Assembly: GCA_965240325.2 (NCBI GenBank)
Contig: OZ251236.1
Location: 124,001-188,000 of the forward strand
Reading direction: 5' to 3'
Origin: Rebecca billardiae RCC1528
Lineage: Eukaryota > Protista > Haptophyta
Length of the DNA stretch: 64,000 nucleotides
In this document: positions 21,044 to 35,800 of the stretch, piece by piece
Numbering within the stretch: the stretch's first letter is position 1
Layout of the letters: every line of letters begins with the position of its first letter
Translations under genes and position numbers: made by a program
Notes under the pieces: generated by a model
Databases searched by the model: none
Told to the model about the DNA's origin: nothing
What the model saw: the letters and a program-made list of their open reading frames with translations, nothing else

Positions 21044-21837
21044 CCCCTCTTAGACCACAGTGTCTAACGAGAACTTTAGTCGGGCCAACCGTCGGCGGCC
21101 CTTGGCAACATGGCCATTGACGGCCGGTAGAGGCCGGCAGTAAGGCAGGATCCAGGCGGAGGCTCTCACCAGAGTTGGCGGCGCCGCGCGCGCCGCGCGC
21201 GCGCGCAAGGAGAGACACCATTCGGATCGTAGCTGGCAGCCAAGGGCCCAGTAGGCAGCCGAACGCGTGAGGCCTCGGAGAGAGGTAGCTGGCAAATGGA
21301 ACATCCAGGACGTACAAACGTACACGGATGCAGCCGTACGGGCAATACGTATGATGCAGAGGTACACTGTCGCGCGACAGGAAGAGTGTGAAGTACGATC
21401 AGTCATCGCCGCCGCGCGCGCGCGCGCGCGCCAGTGCAGAAGGGAGAGGACAGGCGGAGCCGGGACCAAACGCGGAGCCCACGAAGGCAGAGGCTCGTGC
21501 GACACACGAGGATCACACGCCGCACGAGGACCGTGGCCGGGTGCGGCCCCCGAGCAGCGGGCAGAGGCGACCTATCGACGGTCGCCACACCGAGTGGCAG
21601 CCATTTCGTCCTGCGGCGAAGTCTTGCGGCCGGGCGCGCCTCCTGCGCCGCGCCCCTGGCGCGGAGCGTGGACGGGCGCAGGTTTGCGCCTCGCGCCGGC
21701 GCATCTTGGGCTCAAGCCCGTCGAAGAGCACGTGTTTGCGTCGCGCTTCGAAGGAGGGGGTTGGCAGCTCTTGTGGAGGAGGGCTCGGCGCAAGTCGAGC
21801 AAGGGTCGCCTCCTTCCACAGGAATCAAAGCTCTTTC
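21044..21837 (+). repeat. Split direct repeat A1 (794 bp; copy A2 at 28477-29270)
   Basis: Direct repeat, offset 7433. Confidence 0.95.
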
Positions 21838-22886
21838 TGTTGGTTTGGTTAAGATTGACATTGTATAGAGGGCGACATACATTGTATGCTCCGGGTCGAG
21901 AGTCTCGACAGCTGCGTTGAACAATCGTGTTGAGTGACGATGCTGTGTCTGCGGTAGCTCGCGAGCTCCGCCCAGCGCGCCTAACTACACTGGACCTTGC
22001 GGCGGACGCGCTCATCAGTGGAACCACATACGATGAGTGTACGCACGCACAGAGCAAGCCCAGAGGTGGGTAGGAAGCCACTCAAGTACGGGTTTGGCAG
22101 GCTTAGAAGCTTTCCTTGGAGTTGACGATGTTAAATCCCACGTTACAGTGACGATCGAGGTAGTTGGGCCTCCTGCATCAGGCTGTGGAGGTTGAGTGAC
22201 GACACTGTGTTTGCAGAACTGCTCGCGAGCGCCGCCCAGTTGATTTACTCAGCTGATCAACAATCGATGCATAGGATATACAGTATGGGGAACGATCTGC
22301 TCGGGGTAGAGAGTCTTGAAAGCCTGTAGTGGGCCCAAAGTCTTTCCCTCTGGAGTAGGCAAGTACCGCTGATACAACCGACTACCGAGCCAAAACATCA
22401 TGAACTGAGCTGAGAGGGCTGCGTTGGACATTCAATAAACGTGAAAGAGTAGGCTGTTGCCTGTTGACATTCAATCAAAAGCCACTCCAGTAGCGGTTCA
22501 CTGTTCAGCCTCTGTGCTGGTGACTCGCGGGGTGTAGGGGGGCGGTACCGCCGCTTGCCCAACCCCCACGACTCACTTAGACCCACCCCCCGGTAGGGAC
22601 GCCGACTGACGATTCAGATGCGACCCGTCTTTATCTTCTGTCTGTGTCCCTGCCGGGGGAACAATTCCCGCCGGGTGCAAGCCGTGGAGCACCCCTCAGT
22701 GGCAGTCGGCCGATACTGGGTTAGGGGGGCGGGTAATAAATCCCCTGAATACGTCGCCGTGGAGCAGGGAGAGTGGCGAACTCGCTGTCACGTTGAAAAA
22801 AAGAACAGCCCTCTTACTGTCAGCGGCAGCAGTAGTCGAGCACACGGACCGCACTATCCCCGACTGGGGTCCTGCGTAAGGCAAAT

Positions 22887-24407
22887 ATGACTAAAGCTTC
22901 TGTTTCCAAAACTACGCGTAACCAAGGGGGCCGGGCCGCGCCTAAACAGGCGGCGCGCCGCGAGCCATCAACAAGGAAGAAGGTACCGATCCGAGAGGAG
23001 AACGATTCGGATCACCGGGGGGAAAACGATTCGGAGGTGGATGATCAGGATGACGATGACCAGGAAGTGACTACTCTCCAGGAGGGTCGGGTGATCAGAA
23101 CGATTGAACCACCTCTCCAGGTGGAAGACATCGTCCCCCAAATAACAAGGAACGACGTTGACTATGAAGTAGATCCCAACGCAAGGAGAGGGCGGAAAGG
23201 ATCACAGGCGGGGCAAGCAGGAGCTGCCGCCCGCCCGCGCGCCACCAGGGCCGAGACTCGGGGTGGTTCTCGCGGGGAAAACAATGCCCGTCGTGCAAAG
23301 GCCGCACAGTCAACCCCGCCGGTTGCAAACCGTGCAGCCGGCGCTGACAAGAAACGGAAAGGCCAGGCAGATGAAGGTCGGCAACTCAGGCAGGGGCCCC
23401 TGTCGAATAAACGACAGCGGGCGGCCACGCCAGAGCCCGACAAAAATGGTGACTCAGGCAGTGATTCCGAATTAGGCGAAGATACGGACGATGACATTCC
23501 GAGGGGGGAGTATGAAGACGACGAGTTCCTTTCTGATCGGGAAACCGAAGTCACTCCGGTCACAAAAAAGAGACGGCGCAGGCCCAAGCATCGAGGCGGC
23601 AAGAGTCGCAGAGGGACACTAGCCGGCAGCGAGGGCGAGTCACAATCTGGCTCTCGGGCGGGCGAGGATAGCCTCCGGGGAGCCGGGCTACTACAGTCGA
23701 TACCACCACAGCTAGGGGGCATGGGAGGACCCTTGGCTGGCCCGGGGCCATTGTCGAATTTAGCCATCCAAAATTCGCTGCTGCAGCAAGCACTGACAGG
23801 GCAAGCGATCGCCCCGATTGTGGCCCTGCAGGCTTATCTGCCCCAGACAGCAAACATGCTGGACGATGCACAAATCACACACGGGGCTGATGGATCAGTG
23901 CAAACGAAGTTTAGCGTGCGAGCGGCACGGCGCATTCGCACACTCGAAGATTTTGTCATAGCATACTCTCGGTTTCTTCGCAACCAACACCAGGCGGACA
24001 TGGGCTCCATCCTCAAGGCAGCCCTCGAGCACCTTGAGCGAGTGGCGTCTATGTCTCGGAATCACAACCCACAAACAGCCGTGGCGTACGACGAATCAGT
24101 GCGGATGCACGCGGGGGAGACCGGCTTAATGGGCGAACTGCAGTATGCTTTCAACTCTGAGGCAATGACTACGGCCATCACGAAGCATAATTTCCGCGGC
24201 CCGCACGAGTCAGGGGGCGGTGGAGACGGCGGGCCGATCTGCCGCCTATTCAACAAACCGGGAGGCTGCTCATACAGTAAATGCAAATTCGCACACAAAT
24301 GCACACGTTGTCAGGGGAAATTCAGCAGGGATGTCAAATATTGTCCGAGGTGCGGCAGCGACAAGCCGGGCAGGGATCCGAAGGGGAGAGCCAAAACGGA
24401 CGGCTAG
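22887..24407 (+). CDS. Gag-like ORF1 of the YR retrotransposon
   Basis: 506 aa; C-terminal CRLFN...C...C.F.H.C..C zinc-finger-like motif and YD..VR, as seen in Ngaro/DIRS ORF1. Confidence 0.8.
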   Translation: MTKASVSKTTRNQGGRAAPKQAARREPSTRKKVPIREENDSDHRGENDSEVDDQDDDDQEVTTLQEGRVIRTIEPPLQVEDIVPQITRNDVDYEVDPNARRGRKGSQAGQAGAAARPRATRAETRGGSRGENNARRAKAAQSTPPVANRAAGADKKRKGQADEGRQLRQGPLSNKRQRAATPEPDKNGDSGSDSELGEDTDDDIPRGEYEDDEFLSDRETEVTPVTKKRRRRPKHRGGKSRRGTLAGSEGESQSGSRAGEDSLRGAGLLQSIPPQLGGMGGPLAGPGPLSNLAIQNSLLQQALTGQAIAPIVALQAYLPQTANMLDDAQITHGADGSVQTKFSVRAARRIRTLEDFVIAYSRFLRNQHQADMGSILKAALEHLERVASMSRNHNPQTAVAYDESVRMHAGETGLMGELQYAFNSEAMTTAITKHNFRGPHESGGGGDGGPICRLFNKPGGCSYSKCKFAHKCTRCQGKFSRDVKYCPRCGSDKPGRDPKGRAKTDG

Positions 24408-24415
24408 TCCACTAG

Positions 24416-26319
24416 CCCGATCAGGCGACCGTAACCTCACCAGCAAGTAATCCCGCCCGGCAAGATAGTTGCAACATCCCCTCAGCAATATCCGACGACC
24501 CCCTGCTCAACCCCCCTGAGCCAATTCCACAATGTCCAGTGTGTAGTCTAGCATGTTACGACTGTGCGTGCCAGCACAGTCAATTTTACGATAAAATCTA
24601 CCGAGGCTGCCCGCTCTTCGACGCACGGGCGAGTTGGCGGCAGCTCCTCCCGCCAGGCGACAGCACCGACGAGGCAGCACATGTTACAAGATACGTGGTG
24701 GCATGTGTGTACAGCGGTTTTAGCTGCTTCCCGGGACTGGCGTCGGCGGGAGGCGACGATCCAACATACTCGTTAGCGCAGAGCAGCCTCGCCCATTGTG
24801 ATCAGTACAATTATGATTCAGTGCACAAACATCGAGACAAGGCAGCAGACCAGGTCGAGGACTGGCTCAAAAACGGATGGGCGGTGCAAACTGAACCAGA
24901 TCGCTCTGTTTTTACGCCCCTCCCCGACGGCTCAGTCAGGCACGACCGGCTCTGTGTCACACCTCTCGGGGTGGTCCCGAAACACGGCTCGTACGATGAA
25001 ATCCGCATGATATTTGACTGTCGGCGCTCCGGGTTGAACGAAACTATACCCGATATTCCGTTTCGCTACCGCGAAGTGAATCACGCGTGTAAGGCTCTGC
25101 AGCCAGGTTATTGGATGGCGAAGGTGGACATTAAAAGTGCGTTCCCACACATTCATCTCCGTCCAGACGACTGGCGACACTTGGGCTTTGCCTGGCAGGA
25201 TGGGTTCTGCCACATGACTCGCATGCCTTTCGGGGCAAAGAGTGCGCCGTATGTATTTTCACTGGTCGGAGATGCAGTTCGCCGGGCCTTCATGGCAATC
25301 GCTCCCGACGGGGTAGTGGCACTAGTCAACTACCTCGACGATTTTCTACTGATCTGCAGAGACAAAGCCTCGTGTGAGGCGGCACTGGAGGCTTTTCACG
25401 CGCTCCTGGCCAAACTCGGCCTGGTCGTGAGGGAGGACAAGACAGTGCCGCCGACCCGTCGCTGTGAGTTTTTAGGAGTCGTCCTCGACTCGGTGAAGTG
25501 CGAGCTGACAGTCACCAGGGAGCGGCTTACCAACGTAAAAATCGAAATCGACAGTATTTTGCGGCGGCGGACGGCGGCGTCAGTGGCTCAGCTTGAGTCC
25601 CTGTGCGGCCGACTAGGCTGGCTCGCGCGAGCCAACCCTCGGTGCCGTCCGTACCTACGCCGCTTGCTCGTGCTCGTGCACGCGCGCGCGCGCGCGCGCG
25701 CGACGCGAGTCAGCAGACGACGACGAAAATAGCGAAGCGGCGCGACGGCGCGGCGAGGAGGGGGACCAAAAACCTGCCCGTGCGCTTGTCCGCAACAACA
25801 AAAGACGATCTGCGCTGGTGGGCGCGCGCGGTGCGCCACTGGCAGCCGCGCACATTGTTTTTAGAAGAACGACCTAAGCCTTGCGTAGCCGTTTTCTCGG
25901 GCGCCTCGGACAATGGCTGGGGCGCCACTGCACACGGCGAAGATACATTTGGCACTGGGTTTGCACATCATTCCTTTTCACACATCTACCCAAAAGAATT
26001 ATACGCGGTAGTCCGCGCCGCACAACGCTGGGGGCCGAAGTGGAAGGCCCAAAGGGTGCTTGCCTTTGTGGATAATAAAGCCGTCGTGGACTCAATAAAC
26101 AAACACTCGACCCGGTGCGCCGAGACTCTGCCACTCTTGCGACAACTGAATCTTCTGGAAGTACGTCATGGATTCCTTCTCCGTGCTACACACATTAGCG
26201 GCGTAGACAACGACTACGCCGATGCCCTGTCCAGAAAGGACAAGTGGCATCTCATTAAAAACATCCGCAAGCCGCCGCGGCGCGTGCGTCGCCCGGCGGG
26301 ACTGTGGAACAAATTCTGA
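24416..26319 (+). pseudogene. RT-RNase H ORF of the YR retrotransposon, frameshifted at a (CG)n run near 25681-25702
   Basis: RT: VVPK, RMIFD, KVDIKSAF, MPFG, YLDDFL, FLG; RH in the next frame: FSGAS..GWGA, HI..KEL, DN..VV, N..ADALSR. Confidence 0.85.
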
Positions 26320-26324
26320 GCTTA

Positions 26325-27353
26325 ATGGGCAGGCCACCGGCAGGCCCAACAAGGAAGGTATCTACGTTGAAACAATTAGATTCAGTGGTCGAGACAGTGG
26401 TTCAGGCGGGAGTGGAGGCAAATACAACTCGGTCGTACAATACGGCAGTCAAGGCGTGGCTGCGATTCTGCGGCCAATACCATCTACGGCCGGATGGGTT
26501 TCACATTAACAAGCAATTTGAACGGTTTGCTGGGTTCCTGCTGGCCGCTGGGAATTTGGCAAATACGGTAAAGACGTACACAGGGGCGGTCCGAGCTTGG
26601 GCACGAGCGAGAGGTTATACCGTCTGCAAACGTAGCTTCGTTGAAAAACGGATCGTACAGTTTATAGAAGCGCAACACGGAAAGACCCCCCTAAGGAAGC
26701 GGGGACTGACGGCGGCTCAACTTTCGACAGTTTGTGCTCGGCTGAAGTTGTCCCGAGCGCACCAAGATAAGATGTGGCTTGCATTAGTCACTGTGGCGAC
26801 ATTCGGGCTACTGCGGTCTGAACATTTCTCTGCAGGGGGACACTCTGCTGTGGGACAGGGTACCAGAATCATACACTGGGACGACGTGCTTTGGGACACA
26901 ACGGGAAAAGGGATATTTATCATTCTACACCGTGGCAAACGACAGCGCGAGCCAGTGGGCGTCTGGCTACCTAAGCTCACCAACACTTCAGGGGTGTGCT
27001 GCCCGGTGCGGGCACTGCGAGATTGGTGGCAGTACAGTCGCTCACGCCTCCGACGAGGTGAGGTACCGTCGGGGCCAGTCTTTAGTTCAGCCAAGTCAAG
27101 AGGCTGCCCCCTACCATATGAGGAGGCGCTAGGGTGGGCACACGCCCTCGGAGTCTCCCTGGGGTTGGGGGGTACGGCCCTCGGGACACATACATGGCGG
27201 CGTACAGGGTTATGGCTGGCAGAGTCGGCCAAATTGACGGAGGACGACTGCAAGCTTATTGGCAGGTGGCATTCGGGCGTGTGGCGATCCTACTCGTCTC
27301 AGGCTTTGCGGCGAGGCCAATTATGTGCTCGAATGGCAAAAGCACTCGGCTAA
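26325..27353 (+). CDS. Tyrosine recombinase of the retrotransposon
   Basis: T...Y...W N-terminal domain; catalytic LLR.., HTWR, GRW.S....Y. Confidence 0.9.
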   Translation: MGRPPAGPTRKVSTLKQLDSVVETVVQAGVEANTTRSYNTAVKAWLRFCGQYHLRPDGFHINKQFERFAGFLLAAGNLANTVKTYTGAVRAWARARGYTVCKRSFVEKRIVQFIEAQHGKTPLRKRGLTAAQLSTVCARLKLSRAHQDKMWLALVTVATFGLLRSEHFSAGGHSAVGQGTRIIHWDDVLWDTTGKGIFIILHRGKRQREPVGVWLPKLTNTSGVCCPVRALRDWWQYSRSRLRRGEVPSGPVFSSAKSRGCPLPYEEALGWAHALGVSLGLGGTALGTHTWRRTGLWLAESAKLTEDDCKLIGRWHSGVWRSYSSQALRRGQLCARMAKALG

Positions 27354-27940
27354 GGCTAGGCACTGGTCAGACATTGCGATTGATGCAACCGACCACGCCA
27401 AGGCTGGAAGCAAGCCCACTTGTCGAGTTATACACACGATCATAGATATATATATTTAATTAATTAATGCATTTATTCACATATGACTCATTGACCGTTC
27501 CTGACAGTGCGTCGAGTGGCGGGACAGCAGTGGTCGCTAGTGTTAAACAGTAGTTGTGTTGTGCATTTTGTCAAACGATGACAGTCATTCGTGCTGACGG
27601 AGAATGTGCACCCCCCCCCCCTTGCCCTGCTCGCACAGGTACTTTGTACTACCGGATGCACAAATCGCATGCCAGTAGACATACAATCTATATTGTTATT
27701 GTTTGGGAGAGTGATCGAACCAGGAGCCCAACTCAGGCGGGAACTAGCAGTGTGCGGCCGAATATTGTGAGTAGTTTTTCCATCGATGACCACCATCGGT
27801 CCGTCCGCTCTACATGTGGGGGATAAACTGGACAGTGCGGTCAGAAGCCCTGGCTAGCGATAGTTGTTGCTGGTCCGATATGGAAGAACCGACCGACACA
27901 GTGATACTTAGCAGTGTGTCGCTCCGGTCCATCCGGTTTG

Positions 27941-28476
27941 GGGGAATCGTTGTCTGTTGCCCAAGGTATCCACAGTCAGTGGGTCCCTGGCAAAATACAA
28001 TGACGAACAAGCATATACTATCGCTTACTTCAGCGGTGACCACGGAGTCCGACTCTGCCCCAAAGAAAGCGGACGAATCATCGGATGGAACATTGCTGGT
28101 TCGGCATCAACATCAATATCAAGACTAGACCGCCCACAAGTTCAGAGACACTGTAACTTGCTTGAACAAACATTGGGCTCACCAATCGACCACTCCCGCG
28201 AAGCCGAGGTCAAATGTACAAACGTTGATGAACCTCGTCTCGCGGTGAGCCTCTGCTTTCTGCTTGCTCGCGTAAGGAGATGGCGGAGGCAAAGCCACTA
28301 ACAATAACAAGGGCGCTCGGGCTGAAAGGCCCGGGCGTCCGCCCCCACACTCGTTCCGGTCGGGGGCCGCACATTAAAGCAAGGACGCAGTGGGGGGAGC
28401 GGGAACTTAGGCGCGCGCGCGCGCGCGCGCGGTAGTTTGCCAGCTGAGGACTAGCAGTGTTATTCTATCCGACTAA
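27941..28476 (+). repeat. Split direct repeat B1 (536 bp; copy B2 at 29435-29970)
   Basis: Direct repeat, offset 1494; one substitution noticed (CAAAATAC vs CAAAAGAC). Confidence 0.95.
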
Positions 28477-30341
28477 CCCCTCTTAGACCACAGTGTCTAA
28501 CGAGAACTTTAGTCGGGCCAACCGTCGGCGGCCCTTGGCAACATGGCCATTGACGGCCGGTAGAGGCCGGCAGTAAGGCAGGATCCAGGCGGAGGCTCTC
28601 ACCAGAGTTGGCGGCGCCGCGCGCGCCGCGCGCGCGCGCAAGGAGAGACACCATTCGGATCGTAGCTGGCAGCCAAGGGCCCAGTAGGCAGCCGAACGCG
28701 TGAGGCCTCGGAGAGAGGTAGCTGGCAAATGGAACATCCAGGACGTACAAACGTACACGGATGCAGCCGTACGGGCAATACGTATGATGCAGAGGTACAC
28801 TGTCGCGCGACAGGAAGAGTGTGAAGTACGATCAGTCATCGCCGCCGCGCGCGCGCGCGCGCGCCAGTGCAGAAGGGAGAGGACAGGCGGAGCCGGGACC
28901 AAACGCGGAGCCCACGAAGGCAGAGGCTCGTGCGACACACGAGGATCACACGCCGCACGAGGACCGTGGCCGGGTGCGGCCCCCGAGCAGCGGGCAGAGG
29001 CGACCTATCGACGGTCGCCACACCGAGTGGCAGCCATTTCGTCCTGCGGCGAAGTCTTGCGGCCGGGCGCGCCTCCTGCGCCGCGCCCCTGGCGCGGAGC
29101 GTGGACGGGCGCAGGTTTGCGCCTCGCGCCGGCGCATCTTGGGCTCAAGCCCGTCGAAGAGCACGTGTTTGCGTCGCGCTTCGAAGGAGGGGGTTGGCAG
29201 CTCTTGTGGAGGAGGGCTCGGCGCAAGTCGAGCAAGGGTCGCCTCCTTCCACAGGAATCAAAGCTCTTTCCCGCCCACCCGCCCGCACGCATTTATTTTC
29301 GTTGTTACGGGATTCCATCAACCCGAATAAACAGGGCAGCGGTGCTTCTTTTCCGGCGAGCAAGCCGAGCCTGTTGAAGCCAATGAAAACGGCTTCAACA
29401 ACCATCCTTGTTAACCAACGGACCGACGACAATTGGGGAATCGTTGTCTGTTGCCCAAGGTATCCACAGTCAGTGGGTCCCTGGCAAAAGACAATGACGA
29501 ACAAGCATATACTATCGCTTACTTCAGCGGTGACCACGGAGTCCGACTCTGCCCCAAAGAAAGCGGACGAATCATCGGATGGAACATTGCTGGTTCGGCA
29601 TCAACATCAATATCAAGACTAGACCGCCCACAAGTTCAGAGACACTGTAACTTGCTTGAACAAACATTGGGCTCACCAATCGACCACTCCCGCGAAGCCG
29701 AGGTCAAATGTACAAACGTTGATGAACCTCGTCTCGCGGTGAGCCTCTGCTTTCTGCTTGCTCGCGTAAGGAGATGGCGGAGGCAAAGCCACTAACAATA
29801 ACAAGGGCGCTCGGGCTGAAAGGCCCGGGCGTCCGCCCCCACACTCGTTCCGGTCGGGGGCCGCACATTAAAGCAAGGACGCAGTGGGGGGAGCGGGAAC
29901 TTAGGCGCGCGCGCGCGCGCGCGCGGTAGTTTGCCAGCTGAGGACTAGCAGTGTTATTCTATCCGACTAAATCGTCGCGAGTCGTCATCGCGTCGCGCGT
30001 AGTACGTCTGCTCAGCATGATGATGACTACGACCGCGCGCTACGGCTACGGCGGATGCTGCTCGATCATCGCTGCTATATAAAGTTACGGTCCGGCCGTG
30101 TGGGCCATGTGCTGGCGTGCAATCCGCCGCCGAACGGCCAGCGGTCCGCCAGCGACGGTCGTCGTCGGGCGCCTCGGCGACTCCCCGGCGCCGCGCGCGG
30201 CCGGGCGGCGGCGCAATCCGAAGCGCGTGCCGCCCGGGACGCCGCGGCCAGAGCTCGACCCGGCCACCGCCCGGACCGTCGTGCTCCTGGCTTGCCGATG
30301 GCCCTCACACGCCTCCGCGGAGTGCCGATCCTCCCGCGTTA

Positions 30342-32732
<2,391 letters not shown>

Positions 32733-32887
32733 TTATTTTCGCGCGTTTTTTCTGCCCAATCAGCCGCCGGGCGGCCGGGCCGCGTGCGTCCGCTGCTGCT
32801 TCGCGCCCAGCGCGAGCCGGCGGGTGGACAAGGGCCGCGCGCGGCGGGGCGCAAGCAAGCGTGCCGCGGGCGGAAGAGGCGTCGACG

Positions 32888-35800
32888 ATGTCCTTCTCGA
32901 ACGTGATCCTCGCAGGGAAAGACCGGGTGCGCGCCCGATGCGCTGGTCTCTACCAGCCTGCGCGCACCGCCCACGCCTCGCCGCGCGCCGCTGCGCACGC
33001 CCGCTCGCGCGCGCGCGCGTGTGCGCGCGCGCGCGCGGCGCGCCCGCGCGCCGACGCCGACGCCCGCGCATGCGCGCGCGCGCGGCGGTTGCGCGCGCGC
33101 AGTCGCTCGGCGAGCTGCGGGTGGGTGAGGACGTGGGCTTCAAGTGGCGCTCGCAGACCGCTGGGCGCGTCATCACCATCGCGCCCTCGGACGTGCGCAC
33201 CGTGCAGTGGGCGAAGGTGAGGGGCGGCTGTCAGCTGCGCGTCGGCGTGAAGGGCGGGTCGTTCGTGCGCTTCGAGGGGCTGCGCGCGGCGGAGCACGAG
33301 CGGGTGCAGCAGCTGTGCCAGGCCGCATTCGGCCTCGAGCTCCAGCCGCTCGACCTCTCCGTCAAGGGCCTCAGCTGGGGCGAGGCCACGGTGTCGGGCG
33401 CACAGGTCACCTTCAACGTCGACGGCCGCGAAGCCTTCACCATCCCGCTGTCGGAGGTGGCGCAGGCGACGACGCCGGGGAAGAACGAGGTGGCGCTCGA
33501 GTTCCACACGGCGGACACGCTCGTCCCCGAGGACGAGGCCCTCGTCGAGATCCGCCTCGGCATCCCGCCCAAGCTCGCCGAGGGCGCGGACGAGGAGGAC
33601 GAGCCCACCGCCTCGACCGCTGAGGACTTTCTCAACCAGGCGCGCGCACCGGACTGCGCCGCCCGGACTCGCGCGGCCGGACTGCGGCGGCCGGGCGCGG
33701 CCGCGCGTGCGCTCGGCTCGGGGCGGGCCGGTGGGGCTGCACGGCGCGGGGCGGCGGGAGGTGGCAGGCGCCGCGCACGCGCTCCGCCAGGCAGGCGCGA
33801 GCGTGCGCAGCCATGGCTGTGCGCCGTGCGCGCGGCAGCGGCCTCACGCACCGCGTCGGGGTGGCCAGCCCGCCTGCCCGCCGGGCAGCCAGCCACCTGC
33901 CCGCCTCCGCCGCCGCCCGCCATCCTTCGCCCCGCGCTCACGCCGCCACCGCGCTGCTGCCCGCTGCGCGCTGCGCGCTGCGCGCTGCGCGCTGCTCGCT
34001 GCGCGCAGGTGGTGGAGCGCGCGGACCTGGCCATCACCGGCGACGCGATGGCGACGGTGCCCGACCTCGCGCTCGCCGTGCCGCGCGGCCGGTACACGGT
34101 CGACTTCTATGCCGCGTTCATGAAACTGCATGGCAAGGGCTCGGACTATAAGGTGCACCCGCGCCCGCAGCGCACTGCCGCCCGCGCATGGCGCGCGACA
34201 CCGGCCCCCGCCTGCGCGGCCCTTCCCCGGCGTGCCCGATCTGACCCGCACGCCCCGCCCGGCCCTCCCGCCGGCCTGTGCGCACCCCTACCCTACCCAA
34301 CCCTACCCTACCCTACCCTACCCTACCCTACCCTGCAGATCATGTACGACTCCGTGGTGGGGCTGTACCAGCTGCCGCGGCCTGACGGGTACCACATCGG
34401 GCTGGCGGTGCACCTGGACCCGCCGATCCGGCAGGGCTCGACGTACTACCAGTTCGTGATCCTGCAGTTCCCGCGCGAGGAGGAGTTCGAGCTCGAGATC
34501 GGGCTGAGCAAGGAGCAGCTCGAGGCCAAGTTCGGCGGCAAGCTGCGCCCCAAGATGGAAGGGCTGATGCACGAGCTGGTGTCCACACTGCTGGGCGCGC
34601 TCACCGGCCGGAAGGTGCGCACGCTATGGCGCCATGGCGCCATGGCGCCGGGCCGCCAGGGCGCGAGGGCGCCGAGCGTCAAGCGCCCAAGCGCCAAGCG
34701 CCGAGAGTGCCAAGCGCCTCAACTGTCAAGCGCCAAGCGCCAAGCGCGCGGCGCGCGGGTCTTGGCGGCGCGCGGCGGGGCGCAGTGACGCTCGCGTGCG
34801 CGCTGGCCTCTGCGCGTTGGCTGACTGACTCGCCGCCCCGGCGCGCGCGACCGACCGACCGTCCGACCGACCGGCGCTCCGCGCGCCGCGCGCGCCGCGC
34901 AGCTGCACCTGCCCTCTGCCGAGCTCAAGACCTCCGTCCCGGGCGTGCAGGCGATCAAGTGCACGCTCAAGGCGGACGAGGGGACCCTGTTCGCGTACGA
35001 CCGCGCCTTCCTCTACGTCAACAAGCCGACCACGCTCATCACCTTCGAAACGGTCTCGGCAATCGAGTTCTCGCGCGTCGAGAAAGGCGTGGCCGGTGCG
35101 TCCAGCTCCCGCTCGTTCGACTGCACGGTGCACAAGAAGAGCGGCGAGGCGATCACCTTCTCCAACATCCAGCGCAAGGAGTACCAGGGTGCGCGGCGCG
35201 CGCGCGCTGCAGCCGCGCGCGCCCCGCGCCACTGCGGCCGCGCGCTCGCGCCCCGCGCCGCTGCGGCCGCGTCGCGCGCGCGCGCCGCACCGCTTGCCTC
35301 TGACCCCGCCTCGCGCGCGCGCGCACGCCGGCACACCCTGCCCCGTCGGCTCCCGCGCACGCACCCCGCACGCGCAGGCCTCTTCGCCTTCCTCATCGCC
35401 AAGAAGCTGCGCATCAAGAATATCCACAAAGGCTCGGCCGCGCTGAGCGACGACGACGATGACGACGACGACGCGGACGCGGACGCAGATGACCCTTACC
35501 TGAAGCGCGTGCGCGCGGCCAAGGCCAAGGCGAGCGCGGCGGGCGCGGACGCGCTCGAGCTGAGCGGCGACGACGAGGAGGACGACGAGGACGAGGAGGA
35601 CGACGAGGACTTCATGGTGCGCGCGCGCGCATGCGGCGCTCGCCCGCCCGCGCCGCCCAGCAGCGGCCCGGCGCACGCGCCAGAGACGGCGGCGCCGCCG
35701 CGCCCGCGCGCCGCGCGCCGATTCGGCGCGCGGCCGCGCGCGGCCGCGCGCGCTCGCTCACGCCGCCCCCCCTTGCCGCGCGCGCCTGCAGGGCGGCGAC

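Larger units (their letters stand above)
21044..29970 (+). mobile_element. Tyrosine-recombinase retrotransposon (DIRS order, Ngaro/PAT-type split direct repeats)
   Basis: A1 21044-21837, ORFs gag/RT-RH/YR, B1 27941-28476, A2 28477-29270, spacer, B2 29435-29970; no TSD seen; lower GC than host genes. Confidence 0.93.

Noticed and set aside
28444-28476. Hammerhead ribozyme at CTGAGGA in repeat B (also CTGACGA near 22606)
   Set aside because: No stem II followed by GAAA
34286-34334. Interstitial telomere
   Set aside because: A short (CCCTA)n pentamer inside an intron, not a TTAGGG-type array
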